This document shows positions 12,671 to 25,190 of a stretch of 64,000 bases of DNA, in pieces. Under the pieces are notes generated by a model. It was not told the DNA's origin. It did not search any database and saw only the letters and a program-made list of their open reading frames with translations. A program made the translations under genes and the position numbers. The stretch is from Octopus bimaculoides (taxonomy: Eukaryota), in contig NC_068987.1 of assembly GCF_001194135.2 (NCBI RefSeq), positions 45,943,378-46,007,377 on the forward strand, written 5' to 3'. Each line of letters starts with the position of its first letter. Within the stretch, counting starts at the first letter, position 1.

Positions 12671-12887
12671 AATTACTGGAGTTGGCTGCCTTCTATCTTT
12701 TACTTGTTTCAGTCATTAGATTGTACCCTTTCTTCATTAAGGCATTTTTAGTATTCATTATTTTGTCTTTTGTGCTTTATTCTGTGCTCTGTGAATGCAA
12801 TTTTGGTTACCATTGCTGTCTTTACTTGGCTTATTACTACTGTCTGTCCTTTATAACCTTTTCCTACAAGTTGTAGTGCACCTGAGC

Positions 12888-13320
12888 CTTAGTAAGCTGA
12901 CAGAACCATTAACATGTTGGATGAATGTATAGCAGCATTACTTCTGGCTGTTTACTTTTCTGAGTTCAAATTCTACCAAGATTGACTTTGCTTTCTTTTT
13001 TTGGGGACCAATAAAATAAGTATCAGTTGAACACTGAGAGTGATGTAAATAATTTGCCCCATTCACCTGAAAATTCCTGTCTTGTACCAAAATTAGAAAT
13101 AAGTATCATAATTAATGCTATAATAATAATTATTAGTAAAACCTCAATCTCGCAGAATTGTTACCGCAACAGACAAAATATATATTAGCAGCATTTCATC
13201 TGTCTTTAATTTCTGAGTTCAAATTCCACTGAGGTTAGCTTTGCCTCTCATCCTGTTGGGGTCAATAAAATACATACCAATCATGTACTAGAGTTGATGT
13301 AATTGACAAGACCCCCATTG
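12888..13320 (+). mobile_element. Two tandem degenerate SINE-A copies
   Basis: ctgagttcaaatt..actttgc..ggggtcaataaaa core occurs twice (~12960, ~13215). Confidence 0.7.
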
Positions 13321-14367
13321 TTATCAAATTAGGCTCAATGAAATGTTAGTCTATTGAGAGTGCAAAGATAAGTGGATGTATGATGTGTGAAAAAAATGAC
13401 ATGGAAGTGTGCTTCAGCCAAACTCTTTACTGGTAAGGAGAACAGTTATAAGTTCTTTTAGATGTATTACAACTCTGATATAGGAGGTTAGATGTATACC
13501 CCAAACTGAGGTGTGTTGGTGGAAAGAGTAACTCAGTCAGCCAGAATAATTAAGTATTGTCTAGTAATTGGCAACATGAGACCACCCATGATCTCTGCTT
13601 ATGTTCTGTAAGTAAGATCAGGTCTCTTGAGAAAATTGATGCTGTTGCTAGTGATTTTAATATTAATATCCAAGTCTGAATAGAGGCCATGAAAATGATA
13701 GAGAAATAAAGAAGGATCAAGGTGACTGAGGATTAGCAATTCAAATGACTTTACCATTTGCCAACTTCAGAAAGTCAGTAAAATTCCTGGTCTTCTACAA
13801 CTCAAAAGTGTATGAGATTCATATTGATTTTTTCCCCCTTTCTTAACTAAAAACAAGTTCCAATTTGATTTAATTTAAATGTATTGCAACTGGTAAAAAT
13901 AGTATCATCAGTTACAAATTCCTATTGAGTCAATCACTGGTTTACTTAACTTCTGATGGTGAGGATGACAAAGGAATGTTTGTAACTTCCTGCTGAACAA
14001 ATGTTACAAACGACTTTGTTTTTTACAGTAGTAGGTTTCCAGATCTTTTGGTGGTTCACACCATTAAAATGACATACAATGGCAAAAAATATGTAATCTT
14101 CATCATGTTAAAGTCTACATTTTTTCATACTTGCATGAATCGGACAAATGTATGTTAGGACTGAGGTTTTTTTACAGCTGGTCATCCTTCTTCCTCATAT
14201 CTATCTATGTGTTTATCATCATCATCCAGTGTTTTATCCCCATTAACGGAGGTGGCTAGATCTACCTCAATGCCATAGCAACCACCCTCACACCATCTTG
14301 CCATCTTGCCCAGTTTGGGGCATCCTCCTTTGTCAAACCAACCCTCCCAATGTATGTGGATATACAT

Positions 14368-14398
<31 letters not shown>

Positions 14399-14727
14399 TG
14401 AGTAGATATAAGTGCATTGTACTTCATTTGAAGCATTGTAATATCGAAGAAGGTAAAAAGAGATAAAGTAGAAGGTTTCTGACAATGTAGAAAGTTTTAT
14501 AAAACCTTTATATTTCAGGCGCAAAATCCCATTTTCAGAAGTAAAACAATCTGGGAAATGTCTAGTTATGCAGGTTCCCTTATATATATATATATNNNNN
14601 NNNNNNNNNNNNNNNNNNNNNNNNNNNNNNNNNNNNNNNNNNNNNNNNNNNNNNNNNNNNNNNNNNNNNNNNNNNNNNNNNNNNNNNNNNNNNNNNNNNN
14701 NNNNNNNNNNNNNNNNNNNNNNNAAAA

Positions 14728-14993
14728 TTCTCAAATGCATGATAATGCTAATAAATAGCTTGATCAGGATAAATTATCCATACAGTGCAGAAAAATATGT
14801 TACCAATAAGTTCTAAAATTGCTGAAGAATTCGTTACTGGGCAGTTTAGCATAATGGTAAAGCACTTGATGCATAATCACAGGGATGTGAGTTCGAGTCT
14901 CATGGCTGGCTGGCTGGTAACGTATTTTTTCTGCAATGTATGGATAATTTATCCTGATCACGCTATTTATTAACATTATCACGCGTTTGAGAA
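14728..14993. mobile_element. MITE-like element with ~78-bp inverted repeats enclosing a tRNA-like sequence
   Basis: 14728-14805 versus reverse complement of 14915-14993: 6 substitutions + 1 indel; left side is next to an N gap. Confidence 0.7.
14840..14910 (+). tRNA. tRNA-Met(CAT)-like sequence, probably a pseudo-tRNA
   Basis: 71-nt cloverleaf GGCAGTT-TA-GCAT-AATGGTA-AAGC-A-CTTGA-TGCATAA-TCACA-GGGAT-GTGAG-TTCGAGT-CTCAT-GGCTGGC; T-arm fully paired, acceptor stem 6/7, anticodon stem only 3/5, G at position 33. Confidence 0.5.
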
Positions 14994-15103
14994 TAAAAAA
15001 AAATTATTTCTGTATCTTTTATATATATATATATATGAATGTATGTATGTATGCATACATATGTGTGTATGTGGATATGTGTGTGTGTGTATATATACAC
15101 ACA

Positions 15104-15640
15104 CAGGGTGCGTAAGGTATTTGAGGACATACCCCTTTCTTGGGTCATTGTTGCTGCATTTTTTACTAACTCTGTATAATCTTGGTTTCAGAAAATAATA
15201 ATGGCAGACCCTCAGCTTACTCAAGAAATGAAGAGGCATGCTGTTATTGTGGTTATAAAGGCTGAGTATAGCAGTTTTAAAATATTTGAATTTTTAAAAG
15301 TTGCCAGATCTTTTGTCTACAAAGTTTGTAAGGAGCTAGAAATTGAAGATGGAAGCGTATCACCAATTTCAAAGTATAAAAAGCATTCTAAATGCTCTGA
15401 AATCATCAGAACACCTAAATTTATCCAGCAAGTTTATTACAATCCCAGAAAGTCCATGAGGTCATTTGCAAAAGATTTCCATGTGCCAGAAGGAACAGTC
15501 AGAAATGCTGTCCACGAAGGCATCAGATATAAGTCTTATATGATAAGGAAAGGTCAATTTGTCAGAAAAAGCAAAAGAAAATCACTACATCAGATCTGAA
15601 AGGTTCTTAAACAAACTGAAAAATCCAGAAGAAGAGGATG
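15104..15640 (+). mobile_element. Tc1/mariner-superfamily transposon 5' remnant (HTH region of transposase, frameshifted, no DDE/D domain)
   Basis: ORF 15201-15599 ..RTPKFIQQV..NPRKSMRSFAKDFHVPEGTVRNAVHEGIRYKSY..GQF; continuation SEKAKENHYIRSERFLNKLKNP; upstream CAGGGTG resembles a maT/rosa-type TIR start. Confidence 0.8.
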
Positions 15641-16082
15641 ACACTTACATACTCTATAGAATCTCTCACAAAAATATCAGGGAAGCCACACTCATATCAC
15701 AACACAATGGCAAAATAAATGCACAAACTACACAAATATAAAAATATTAACATATGGTTACTGGCATGAAAAACCTAATGACCAATGACCACAGACAAAA
15801 TTATCAGGTGGTTACTGACAAAGAAACCTAACAGTCTATAAAACCTTTGGAAGAAAAGTGTTCAAGAATTTGACCTGATACGTGATGTTGATAAGCCACA
15901 AAAATGGCAAAATATCGGTATTCATCATCCCTGATAGGGATCAGGGGTGAGCTGTGACGTTCAGGTGTTTTAACACCCTGCACTCTGAACTGCTAAACTG
16001 TACTGTACCAGCGAACAAGCAAAACACATACATTGAGTACATGAAGTCAATAATGTTTATATATATATATATATATATATAT

Positions 16083-16607
16083 ATCATCATCATCAGCATC
16101 CTCTAACATCCGACTTCCATGCTGCCGTGGGTGGGATCATCAATTTAATGACCATTTTTTCCATGCTAACAAGTGCTGGACAGGGTTTATTGAGCAAGAT
16201 ATATTCTATCACTGCAGATCTTCCAGTCGTCAACCCTCACCTGTTTTCAACTAAGGTAATATTTTTCCATAGACAGAGATGTTTTCACAGAGTATTGGAA
16301 ATGAATGGCACTGCTTGTATAACAGTGACATTCGTTTACAAATATAGCACAAGGTTAAGAGGAGACACAAACACGCACATACACACATGCGTGCACACAC
16401 ATGCGTGCACACACATGCGTGCACACACATGCATACATACAATGAGCTTCTTTGAGATTCTGTCAACCAAATCCACTCACAAGTCTTTGGTTTGCCAATA
16501 GCAGTAGAAGTAGAAAATCAGCACAAAATGCCACACAGTGAGATTGAACCTCAAACCACATCGTTGGGAAGTAGAAGCTTCTTAACTGCTCAGCTATGCT
16601 TTCACCT
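16083..16607 (-). mobile_element. SINE-B with internal 14-bp repeat (ACACACATGCGTGC)x~3.5
   Basis: Head, core and GAT tail on - strand. Confidence 0.8.
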
Positions 16608-17156
16608 CTAACATATCTGTGTGTGTTTTCTTCAACAATCTAATATGATCTTTATGTCTTTCCTAAAACAATTCCATGATATCTCTTAAATCTGACACCA
16701 CATGCCTTGAGAACTGAACCATTAGAGCATGATAGAATGATACAAAAACAAATGCAAAAAGTGTCTAATAACAAAGTTTTGATTTAAGCTGCTAAAGACA
16801 TTCTTTAACACACCTTAATTCTTTGAAAACCAAACATAACAACTATAATAACAAAAGGTGAAGATGAAGAAAGGGAAGAAGAGAAAATAAAGCAAGATGA
16901 AGTAGAACAAGAAGAAAAATGCAAGAAGACTGTGAAAAAAAAATGAAGAAAATGTTAAAATGTTTTTAGATTTTAGTATTGCTGTAAAGCATTTTCAGAC
17001 CATTAACTTCATCTTCTCATTGCTTATTATTTTTAGCATTATTATCATTTAGTAAAAATGCCACAATGTTTAGTCTATATGTCATTATTGGCTACATTCA
17101 TACACACACATAAACACACATGCACACAAGCATGCACACACACACATATACAAGTA

Positions 17157-17198
<42 letters not shown>

Positions 17199-17625
17199 NN
17201 NNNNNNNNNNNNNNNNNNNNNNNNNNNNNNNNNNNNNNNNNNNNNNNNNNNNNNNNNNNNNNNNNNNNNNNNNNNNNNNNNNNNNNNNNNNNNNNNNNNN
17301 NNNNNNNNNNNNNNNNNNNNNNNNNNNNNNNNNNNNNNNNNNNNNNNNNNNNNNNNNNNNNNNNNNNNNNNNNNNNNNNNNNNNNNNNNNNNNNNNNNNN
17401 NNNNNNNNNNNNNNNNNACAAAGAACTCCAATTCTGATTTCAAATCACATCTAAAATAATTTAAGCATTAATTCTTGCAGTATCAACAAAAATAAATGTT
17501 AATATTCTAGCTTATACCTGAGTACTCCAAACAATAATCTCATAAATCCAGCAGAAGCCAACTTCACCTTCCATCCTTTCAGGGTCAATAACATAAGGTA
17601 TGAAACAATCATTGTCGTCGTCATC

Positions 17626-17715
17626 GGTGGCGACGGCATCAGTGGCGACGGCATCGGTGGCGACGGCATCGGTGGCGACGGCATCGGTGGCGACGGCATC
17701 GGTGGCGATGGCATC
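17626..17715. repeat. GC-rich 15-bp minisatellite (GGTGGCGACGGCATC)x6
   Basis: Six units, two with a single substitution, grading into GTC/ATC triplets. Confidence 0.95.
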
Positions 17716-17772
17716 GGTGTCGGTGTCAGCATCAGCGGCATCGGCGTCATCATTATCATCATCATTATCATT

Positions 17773-17969
17773 AAGGTGGCAAGCTGGCAGAATTGTTAGC
17801 ACACTGGACAAAATGCTTAGCAGTATTTTGTCTGTCACTACGTTCTGAGTTCAAATTTCACTGCGGTCAACTTTGCCTTTCATCCTTTCACAGATGATGA
17901 AATAAGTATCAGTCAAGTGCTGGGGTTGATGTAATCGACTAGTCCCCTCCCCACAAAATTTCAGGCCTT
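17773..17969 (+). mobile_element. SINE-A, near full-length
   Basis: aaggtggcaagctggcagaa..gagttcaaattt..gcctttcatcctt..atttcaggcctt. Confidence 0.85.
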
Positions 17970-18080
17970 TCTATATTCTATAACTGTCACAATATAGAAA
18001 CATTTCTCATGGCACCAGCACACAATTTACAGATGCTTACGTCTTTTATGTTTTCCATGAATTTTTCACAGGTCCAGCTA

Positions 18081-18113
<33 letters not shown>

Positions 18114-18836
18114 AATATATAGGAGAATTGTTAGGAAACCTGAGCAAAATGCCTTATATTGTTTAGAATTCATAAAATCAGATTTCATATCTTTAATGTT
18201 AGAAAATGAAATACCAGTAATATTCTAAGATCAGCAAGTCGATTATTTCTCCCTTCTCCTTCTCCATTAATAGACAAAGGCAACCTTATACTTAGGTGAG
18301 AGATGAAACATATATATCTTGTAGAATTTGCCAAACATTTGTTTTGTAACTTTCATATCAGTACAAGACAATGTTGAAGAAATGCTGCCAAACAAAAAAG
18401 CTGTGGTGGTGGTGGTGGTGACAATGATGATGATGACAATAGTAAAGAAAACTGAGAAGGCTCTGAATATGAAGACTAGCAGAATAACAAGGCCAACAAA
18501 AATGACAATGTTTTCAGGCATAGAAACAAAAGATCACGAAGAAAGGGTATGGGAATGAGAGATCAAACTGAGAAAGCAATAAACCCACAAACAACTAGCT
18601 TTCTATAAGAAAGAAGAAAGTAAGAAAAGAAAAAGAAACACCCATTACTGATGAGTTGTAAATAGATGGAACAGCACTTGTTTTTTCTTTTGAGATGTTA
18701 GTACAAGAGGCAAAGAGAGAATGATTTATACAGAATAGTTTAATAAAGAGAAAGAAGAAATAGGCAGGACAAGTAGAGACAGAAAATCACTGAAGGGGTC
18801 ACAATATGTGTGACAAAAGAACTTTGATAAATAAAC

Positions 18837-18867
<31 letters not shown>

Positions 18868-18872
<5 letters not shown>

Positions 18873-21041
18873 CAAAACCCACAAAACTACAAGCCCATAA
18901 CCTGTCTCCCTACAATTTACAAAGCCTTTACTGCAATATTATCGCAGAGATTGAGCAAGCACCTGGAAGAAAACAACCGGTTTCCAGAAGAGCAGAAGGG
19001 ATGCTGCAAGTGCTCATATGGCTGTAAAGACCAACTAATGATCAATAAAGCCATAACTGAAGAGAGCCGCAGAAAGAAGAAAGGCCTAAGTATAGCCTGA
19101 ATCAATGACCGAAGGGCTTTTGACAGCATCCCCCACAGATGGATCCTAGAAACACTAGCTATAAACAAGGTAGCGCCAATAATCATAAAATACATAAGAC
19201 ACTCTATGAAAAAATGGCAGACAGTGCTAGAGCTCCAAACAAAAAAGGAACTCATAAAAACCAAAGCCATCCCCATTAGAAGAGGAATATTCCAGGGGGA
19301 CATGCTCTCTCCACTTTTTTTCTGTTTGGCACTGACACCTTTAACTGACATGCTGCTAAATAGAACTGGATGTAGATACAAATGTTACGGCAAAACAATC
19401 AGCCACCTTTTATATATGGATGACCTAAAACTATATACTACAAATGATAAACAGCTGGAAACACTACTACAGACAGTACATGGATTTACCAAAGAAATAA
19501 ATATGAAATTTGGCATAGAAAAATGTGCCAAAGCAATCTTGAAAAGAGCAAAACTAGTTAAGAGTAGCAACATTGCACTAGACAAAACCAATGAAATAAG
19601 AGAATGAGACCAAAGCCAGATATACAAATATTTAGGAATCAATGAAGTAGATACGATACAACACACACAAATTAAAGAGAAAATAAAGAATACTATAGAC
19701 GAGTTAGATCAATACTGAAAACAGAGCTCAATGCTAAAAACAAGATAATAGGTATCAACACTCTAGCCGTCCCAGTTATAAGTTACAGCTACAATATCCT
19801 TAACTGGACACTAAATGAACTAACCAAAATAGACAGGAAAACAAGAAAATTATACAGCTGGAAAACTATTATAAAATAACCACCATAAGACTGCAAAAAT
19901 ACCTTCTTCAGAAGCAAGGAAAACTAATACAAATAGCCACAAAACACGAGCAAAACAAAAAACTGTTTTCAGTATTTAAGGAAGCTGACAAATACAAAGA
20001 AGTCATACTACCTAACAAATAATAATAAGAAGAAGAAGAAGAACAAGAATAATAAGAATAAGAAGAAGAAGAAGAAGAAGAAGAAACAACAAAAGCTATA
20101 AAACAAATGAAACTCAAACTAAAACTAGAATAGCAATGGACCTTGATAAAACAAGAGCAAGAAAAGCCCCTTCATGGCAAATACTGGGCTACACTAAACG
20201 CAAAAGAAATAGAAAGAGGAAAATCCCAGCAATTGTTGAGAAGCTCAGGACTCAAAGCAGAGACTGAAGGATTTTTAATTGCAGCACAAGACCAATGCCT
20301 CCCCACCAGAAATTACCAAAAACATATAATGAAAAGAAATATAACAAGTAACTGCAGAATATGTGGAGATGGACAAGAAACAATAAATCATATTATCTCT
20401 GGCTGCCCAGTCCTGGCTAAGAAGGAATATATTCACAGACACGACAGAAATGGGACCTACATACACTGGACGCNNNNNNNNNNNNNNNNNNNNNNNNNNN
20501 NNNNNNNNNNNNNNNNNNNNNNNNNNNNNNNNNNNNNNNNNNNNNNNNNNNNNNNNNNNNNNNNNNNNNNNNNNNNNNNNNNNNNNNNNNNNNNNNNNNN
20601 NNNNNNNNNNNNNNNNNNNNNNNNNNNNNNNNNNNNNNNNNNNNNNNNNNNNNNNNNNNNNNNNNNNNNNNNNNNNNNNNNNNNNNNNNNNNNNNNNNNN
20701 NNNNNNNNNNNNNNNNNNNNNNNNNNNNNNNNNNNNNNNNNNNNNNNNNNNNNNNNNNNNNNNNNNNNNNNNNNNNNNNNNNNNNNNNNNNNNNNNNNNN
20801 NNNNNNNNNNNNNNNNNNNNNNNNNNNNNNNNNNNNNNNNNNNNNNNNNNNNNNNNNNNNNNNNNNNNNNNNNNNNNNNNNNNNNNNNNNNNNNNNNNNN
20901 NNNNNNNNNNNNNNNNNNNNNNNNNNNNNNNNNNNNNNNNNNNNAAAGGCATCACAGTAAACAACAGCACTTACCCAAGGCACACAAAGCTGCGCTGGGT
21001 GGTGAAGTGAAAGCATGTTATAAAAATAAAACTACTGAATT

Positions 21042-21045
<4 letters not shown>
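18868..21045 (+). mobile_element. R4/Dong-type LINE family 1, 5'-truncated (RT + CCHC, RLE region in N gap), inactivated
   Basis: YKPITCLPTIYK..EQKGC..AFDSIPH..GIFQGDMLSPLFFCL..YMDDLKL..YKYLG; CRICGDGQETINHIISGC; 3'UTR matches 2930-3020; stops, an internal deletion and a (GAA)n insertion at ~20020-20090; (TAA)n at 18838-18868 and 21043-21122. Confidence 0.9.
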
Positions 21046-21122
<77 letters not shown>

Positions 21123-21124
<2 letters not shown>

Positions 21125-21345
21125 TTCTTCTATAGGTACAAGGCCTGAGATTTTAGGGGAGGGGACTAGTCAATTACATTGACCCCAGTGTTTCACTGGT
21201 ACAAAAGAGATCAATAGAATAAGTACCAGGCTCAAAACAAAATAAGTAAATTGGGTTGATAAGTTTGACTAAAATTTTTTCAAGGTGGTGCCCCAGCATG
21301 GCCACAGTCTAATGACTGAAACACATAAAAGATAAAAGATAAAGA
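21123..21345. mobile_element. SINE-A 3' end (-) joined to SINE-B (AAAGAT)n-type tail (+)
   Basis: ttcttctataggtacaaggcctga.. followed by ..ccccagcatggccacagtctaatgactgaaac..aaaagataaaagat. Confidence 0.7.
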
Positions 21346-22929
21346 ATTAAAGCAAAATTTAGCTAAAATATTTGACCTTAAATATCCATCAGTTTAGACT
21401 GAGGTTAACTCCAATGAAACAGACCTATGATTAGAGGCTTTTCAGATGTGACTATACCTAACTTTTTATTTTTCAAATACAGTGTACCTAGGATTGCATA
21501 ATTAAGTGTGTTATTCTATTTCTAAGATGTTAGAGTATAATTTGAAAACAATTTGGTTGCTATCCTAAAAGAAACATATCAAGAAAAGAAAAACCCAAAG
21601 AAAAGTTTGAGAAGACTAAGAAGATTATGAAGAAGAAAAAATAGAGAAAAAACCTATAAAGAGAAAAAAGTTTAAAAAAATCTACAACTAAAACAATATT
21701 AAAAACTAATCTGCATACTGACTTAGCTGCTCATCTATCCACCCACTCTGAGAAAATATCCATAAACAGAAGGTATATAGTAATATTTAGTAATTATAGA
21801 TAACATTATTTGTAATAACTACCTATAATCTTCAAGGAAGTTCCATTGCTTTTCTGCTCTTACTAAGTATTTCTGATTGCTATCTCACTATATTTTGGTT
21901 CCAACACTGAAGTACTAGCAGACTGGTCGTATTTCTTATGATGATGCAAACACTATTGCTTCATCTTCTCTCATGTTATTTATCCTTTGTGTCTGCTTCT
22001 GATTATTGCTGAGGGAGTTTTCTTAATAAAATGTTGGTCTAACAGCATTGTATAAATCAAAGATAGATTGTAATGCACCAAGTACAAACTACAATAAATT
22101 AAGTATAAACCATAATAAACCAAAGAGAGGCCACTCATGTGTCAAAGATAGATTACAAGTCAAGGACACCCTTTTTTTCCTTGCTTGAAAACCTACTTAA
22201 CAAATCTGAAGCTTTAATAATCTCAACATAATAGAAACTGTTGGTGGTTTCATGGGTCAATTTCTTGTGTCACAGTTTTACATTTGTGGAGAGAAAGAGT
22301 AAATATAAGAGGAACAGGAGAGAGAGAGAGAGTTAATATAAGAGGTGAAAATGAAAACACCTAACTAGACATGGTGGTATGCATCAGGCGAAAATGAAAA
22401 GAGGTGAAAATGAAAGACGCAAAAATGAAAACACCTAACTAGACATGGTGGTACGCGTGAGTAAAAGAATACTATACATATGCACAATGTGAGAGAGGAA
22501 GAATCATAGTGAAAGGCGAGGAGGAATAGAGGGGATTAAATGACTAAGTATTTATAGGAGGAGTTATACGAATGAAAAATTTGTATAAATTATATTTTAA
22601 GCTTATAAATACTTTATTTTGAAAATCAAGTATTCATTCCATCATTTTGTTTCAACTACAAGAAATATGATAAAAGTTAAATTATAAGGGTAACACCCTA
22701 ATATTACTGATAATGTTCATGAATAAGTTTAATGATGACTGTTTCACTTTTAAGATCATTATCACATAGTCAAAAAATATGATAAAAATATGTGCTTGAA
22801 ATAAATGAATATATCTAAATATGATATTCCAGGATATAATACGTGACATAAGTATGAAACTATAGATTGAATGTTGCAGACGAGGAATTAGAAGTGATGT
22901 TCTTCATTATAATCATTAGGTTTGCAATA

Positions 22930-23141
22930 GTAACCTTCACTTTTTCATGTTTGCATGGATCAAATGAAGTCTATTGAGATAGATTTTTATCTGGTTGAAT
23001 GCACTTCCTGTCACCAGCCTTCTGTTTCCAACTGAAGGGATATTTTCCAATGACCAGACATGTTTTCAGAGAATATTGGGAAGGAATGACACTGCCTGTA
23101 TGACAGTGACATTCTTTGTCTGTTGTTTTTTTGTGAATTTT

Positions 23142-23193
<52 letters not shown>

Positions 23194-23395
23194 CATATAT
23201 ATATACATACATACATGCACACACACACACTCACACATACACACACACATGCACACAATGGGTCTCACAGAGATTCTGTCAACTAAATTCATTCACAAGC
23301 CATTAGTTAGCTTGGCCACCCAAGTAGGACTGAACTCAAAATCACTTCACTGCAAAGCAAATTTCTTAACCACAAAGCTTTAAAACCTTTTCCTG
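22930..23395 (-). mobile_element. SINE-B, degenerate, internal (TA)n/(CA)n
   Basis: Tail, microsatellite, core and head recognisable on - strand. Confidence 0.65.
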
Positions 23396-24129
23396 TGCAA
23401 ATGGTGTATGAGATTATGTCACATGTACAACCTTGATAATCTATCGCCACCACTACTACTACTACCTGCACCAGTACCACTCCTACTACTATCACAGACA
23501 CCCCCACTATACAATTCTTCAAGTATTATTCATTATTCTGGTTTGTTTCCATTGTAGTTTTGAAGTTATTGGATGTATCCTGCAGATGAATGCTGAAGTA
23601 AATTTACTTCTTCATCAATTTAATGCTACACAAACCAAATACAAGCAACCCTCATTATAACTCAGCATTTAATATGTTTCATAATCTAAAATTGGAATAC
23701 AGTGAACAGTGTGTGATTGTTCTCCACATCAAAAAAATAGAAGAACATTGATATTTCTTTGGTATACAGTTAAGCCTAAGATTTACCATTCCAAAGAATG
23801 TTTTTCTGTGAAAGGAATAAAATGCCACTAGTAATGCTATCACTGATTTACTGTACCTTACTCCAGACTGGTTTCATATGGATGAGCCTGTCATACATTT
23901 TAACTCTTCTGTTACAATATTCTGTTGAAATACACTGGCTTTGTTCCAGTTAATTTTGAAAATAATGAAGAATTCAATGAAAGGGCCTTGACATTTCTAT
24001 GCTGATGTTTGGAACATAAATTAACACATTTTGATGAAAGTTTTAACTTGAAAGCTTGGGTCAAACAACCAAGTGCAAGCTCAGATGGGTTGATATGAAA
24101 AGAATAAATTCTTGATTCTGTGTTAGTTT

Positions 24130-24362
24130 CTATTAGGACATCCAGATTAGTCTGCCACCCTGAACTGGAAGCATCCAAATTAGTCTCGTAGAACCTACTC
24201 CATGGTGATGTAAAAAGTGCAAAATGTCATTGCACTTGTATCGGACGACCTGATTGCAGACACTGGCCTGGAATGTATCCAGGACCTTAACGTAGTAATG
24301 CTGGACCGAGAAGTGTGGTGGGTGAACATTGTTGTTGTTGCCCAGGTTGGAACCAAGACATA
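24130..24362 (+). pseudogene. RTE-like LINE extreme C-terminal remnant
   Basis: SRLVCHPELEASKLVS*..HG.. and SDDLIADTGLECIQDLNVVMLDREVWW resemble the RTE-type end HPEL.AS.L.LW.P.HG..RGRP...DTGL....AM.DR..W. Confidence 0.6.
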
Positions 24363-25134
24363 GTAAATAATAATTCTATAAGAGGTACAATTCTAAGAAC
24401 TAACTTCTGTATATTTATCTCCAGAGAAAGAGAAAAAGAAAGGTCAGGAAGAGAGAGGGGAGAGGAGAACAGTAGGCAAACTACTCACCAAAATTACCTT
24501 TATTTAGGAAAACAAATCTACTCATAAACACAATTTCTTTAACTATAATGAAAATACAGACAAAAATTTTGTGAAATGGTTGATCAAATATGCACATACA
24601 CTCATAAAACCACACACACANNNNNNNNNNNNNNNNNNNNNNNNNNNNNNNNNNNNNNNNNNNNNNNNNNNNNNNNNNNNNNNNNNNNNNNNNNNNNNNN
24701 NNNNNNNNNNNNNNNNNNNNNNNNNNNNNNNNNNNNNNNNNNNNNNNNNNNNNNNNNNNNNNNNNNNNNNNNNNNNNNNNNNNNNNNNNNNNNNNNNNNN
24801 NNNNNNNNNNNNNNNNNNNNNNNNNNNNNNNNNNNNNNNNNNNNNNNNNNNNNNNNNNNNNNNNNNNNNNNNNNNNNNNNNNNNNNNNNNNNNNNNNNNN
24901 NNNNNNNNNNNNNNNNNNNNNNNNNNNNNNNNNNNNNNNNNNNNNNNNNNNNNNNNAAATCAAATGAAATGAAGCAGAGAAAAGTGGAAATTCCTTTATT
25001 GTCATGACAGAAATCTATCTACAAGGTGATAATCTGAAAATAAGCTAATCTCTCTGTATTTCTGTTGTAATCAATAATTAGCTATTGTCAGCTCATAGTG
25101 GTAAATCTGTGCCCATCACACACACACACACACA

Positions 25135-25190
<56 letters not shown>

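Noticed and set aside
14180-14280. Possible terminal exon after ttttttacAG
   Set aside because: Low-complexity Ser-rich peptide with no independent support
17499-17848. Pro-, Ala/Thr- or Asp-rich repeat protein ORFs
   Set aside because: Produced by the 15-bp minisatellite and flanking SINE sequence
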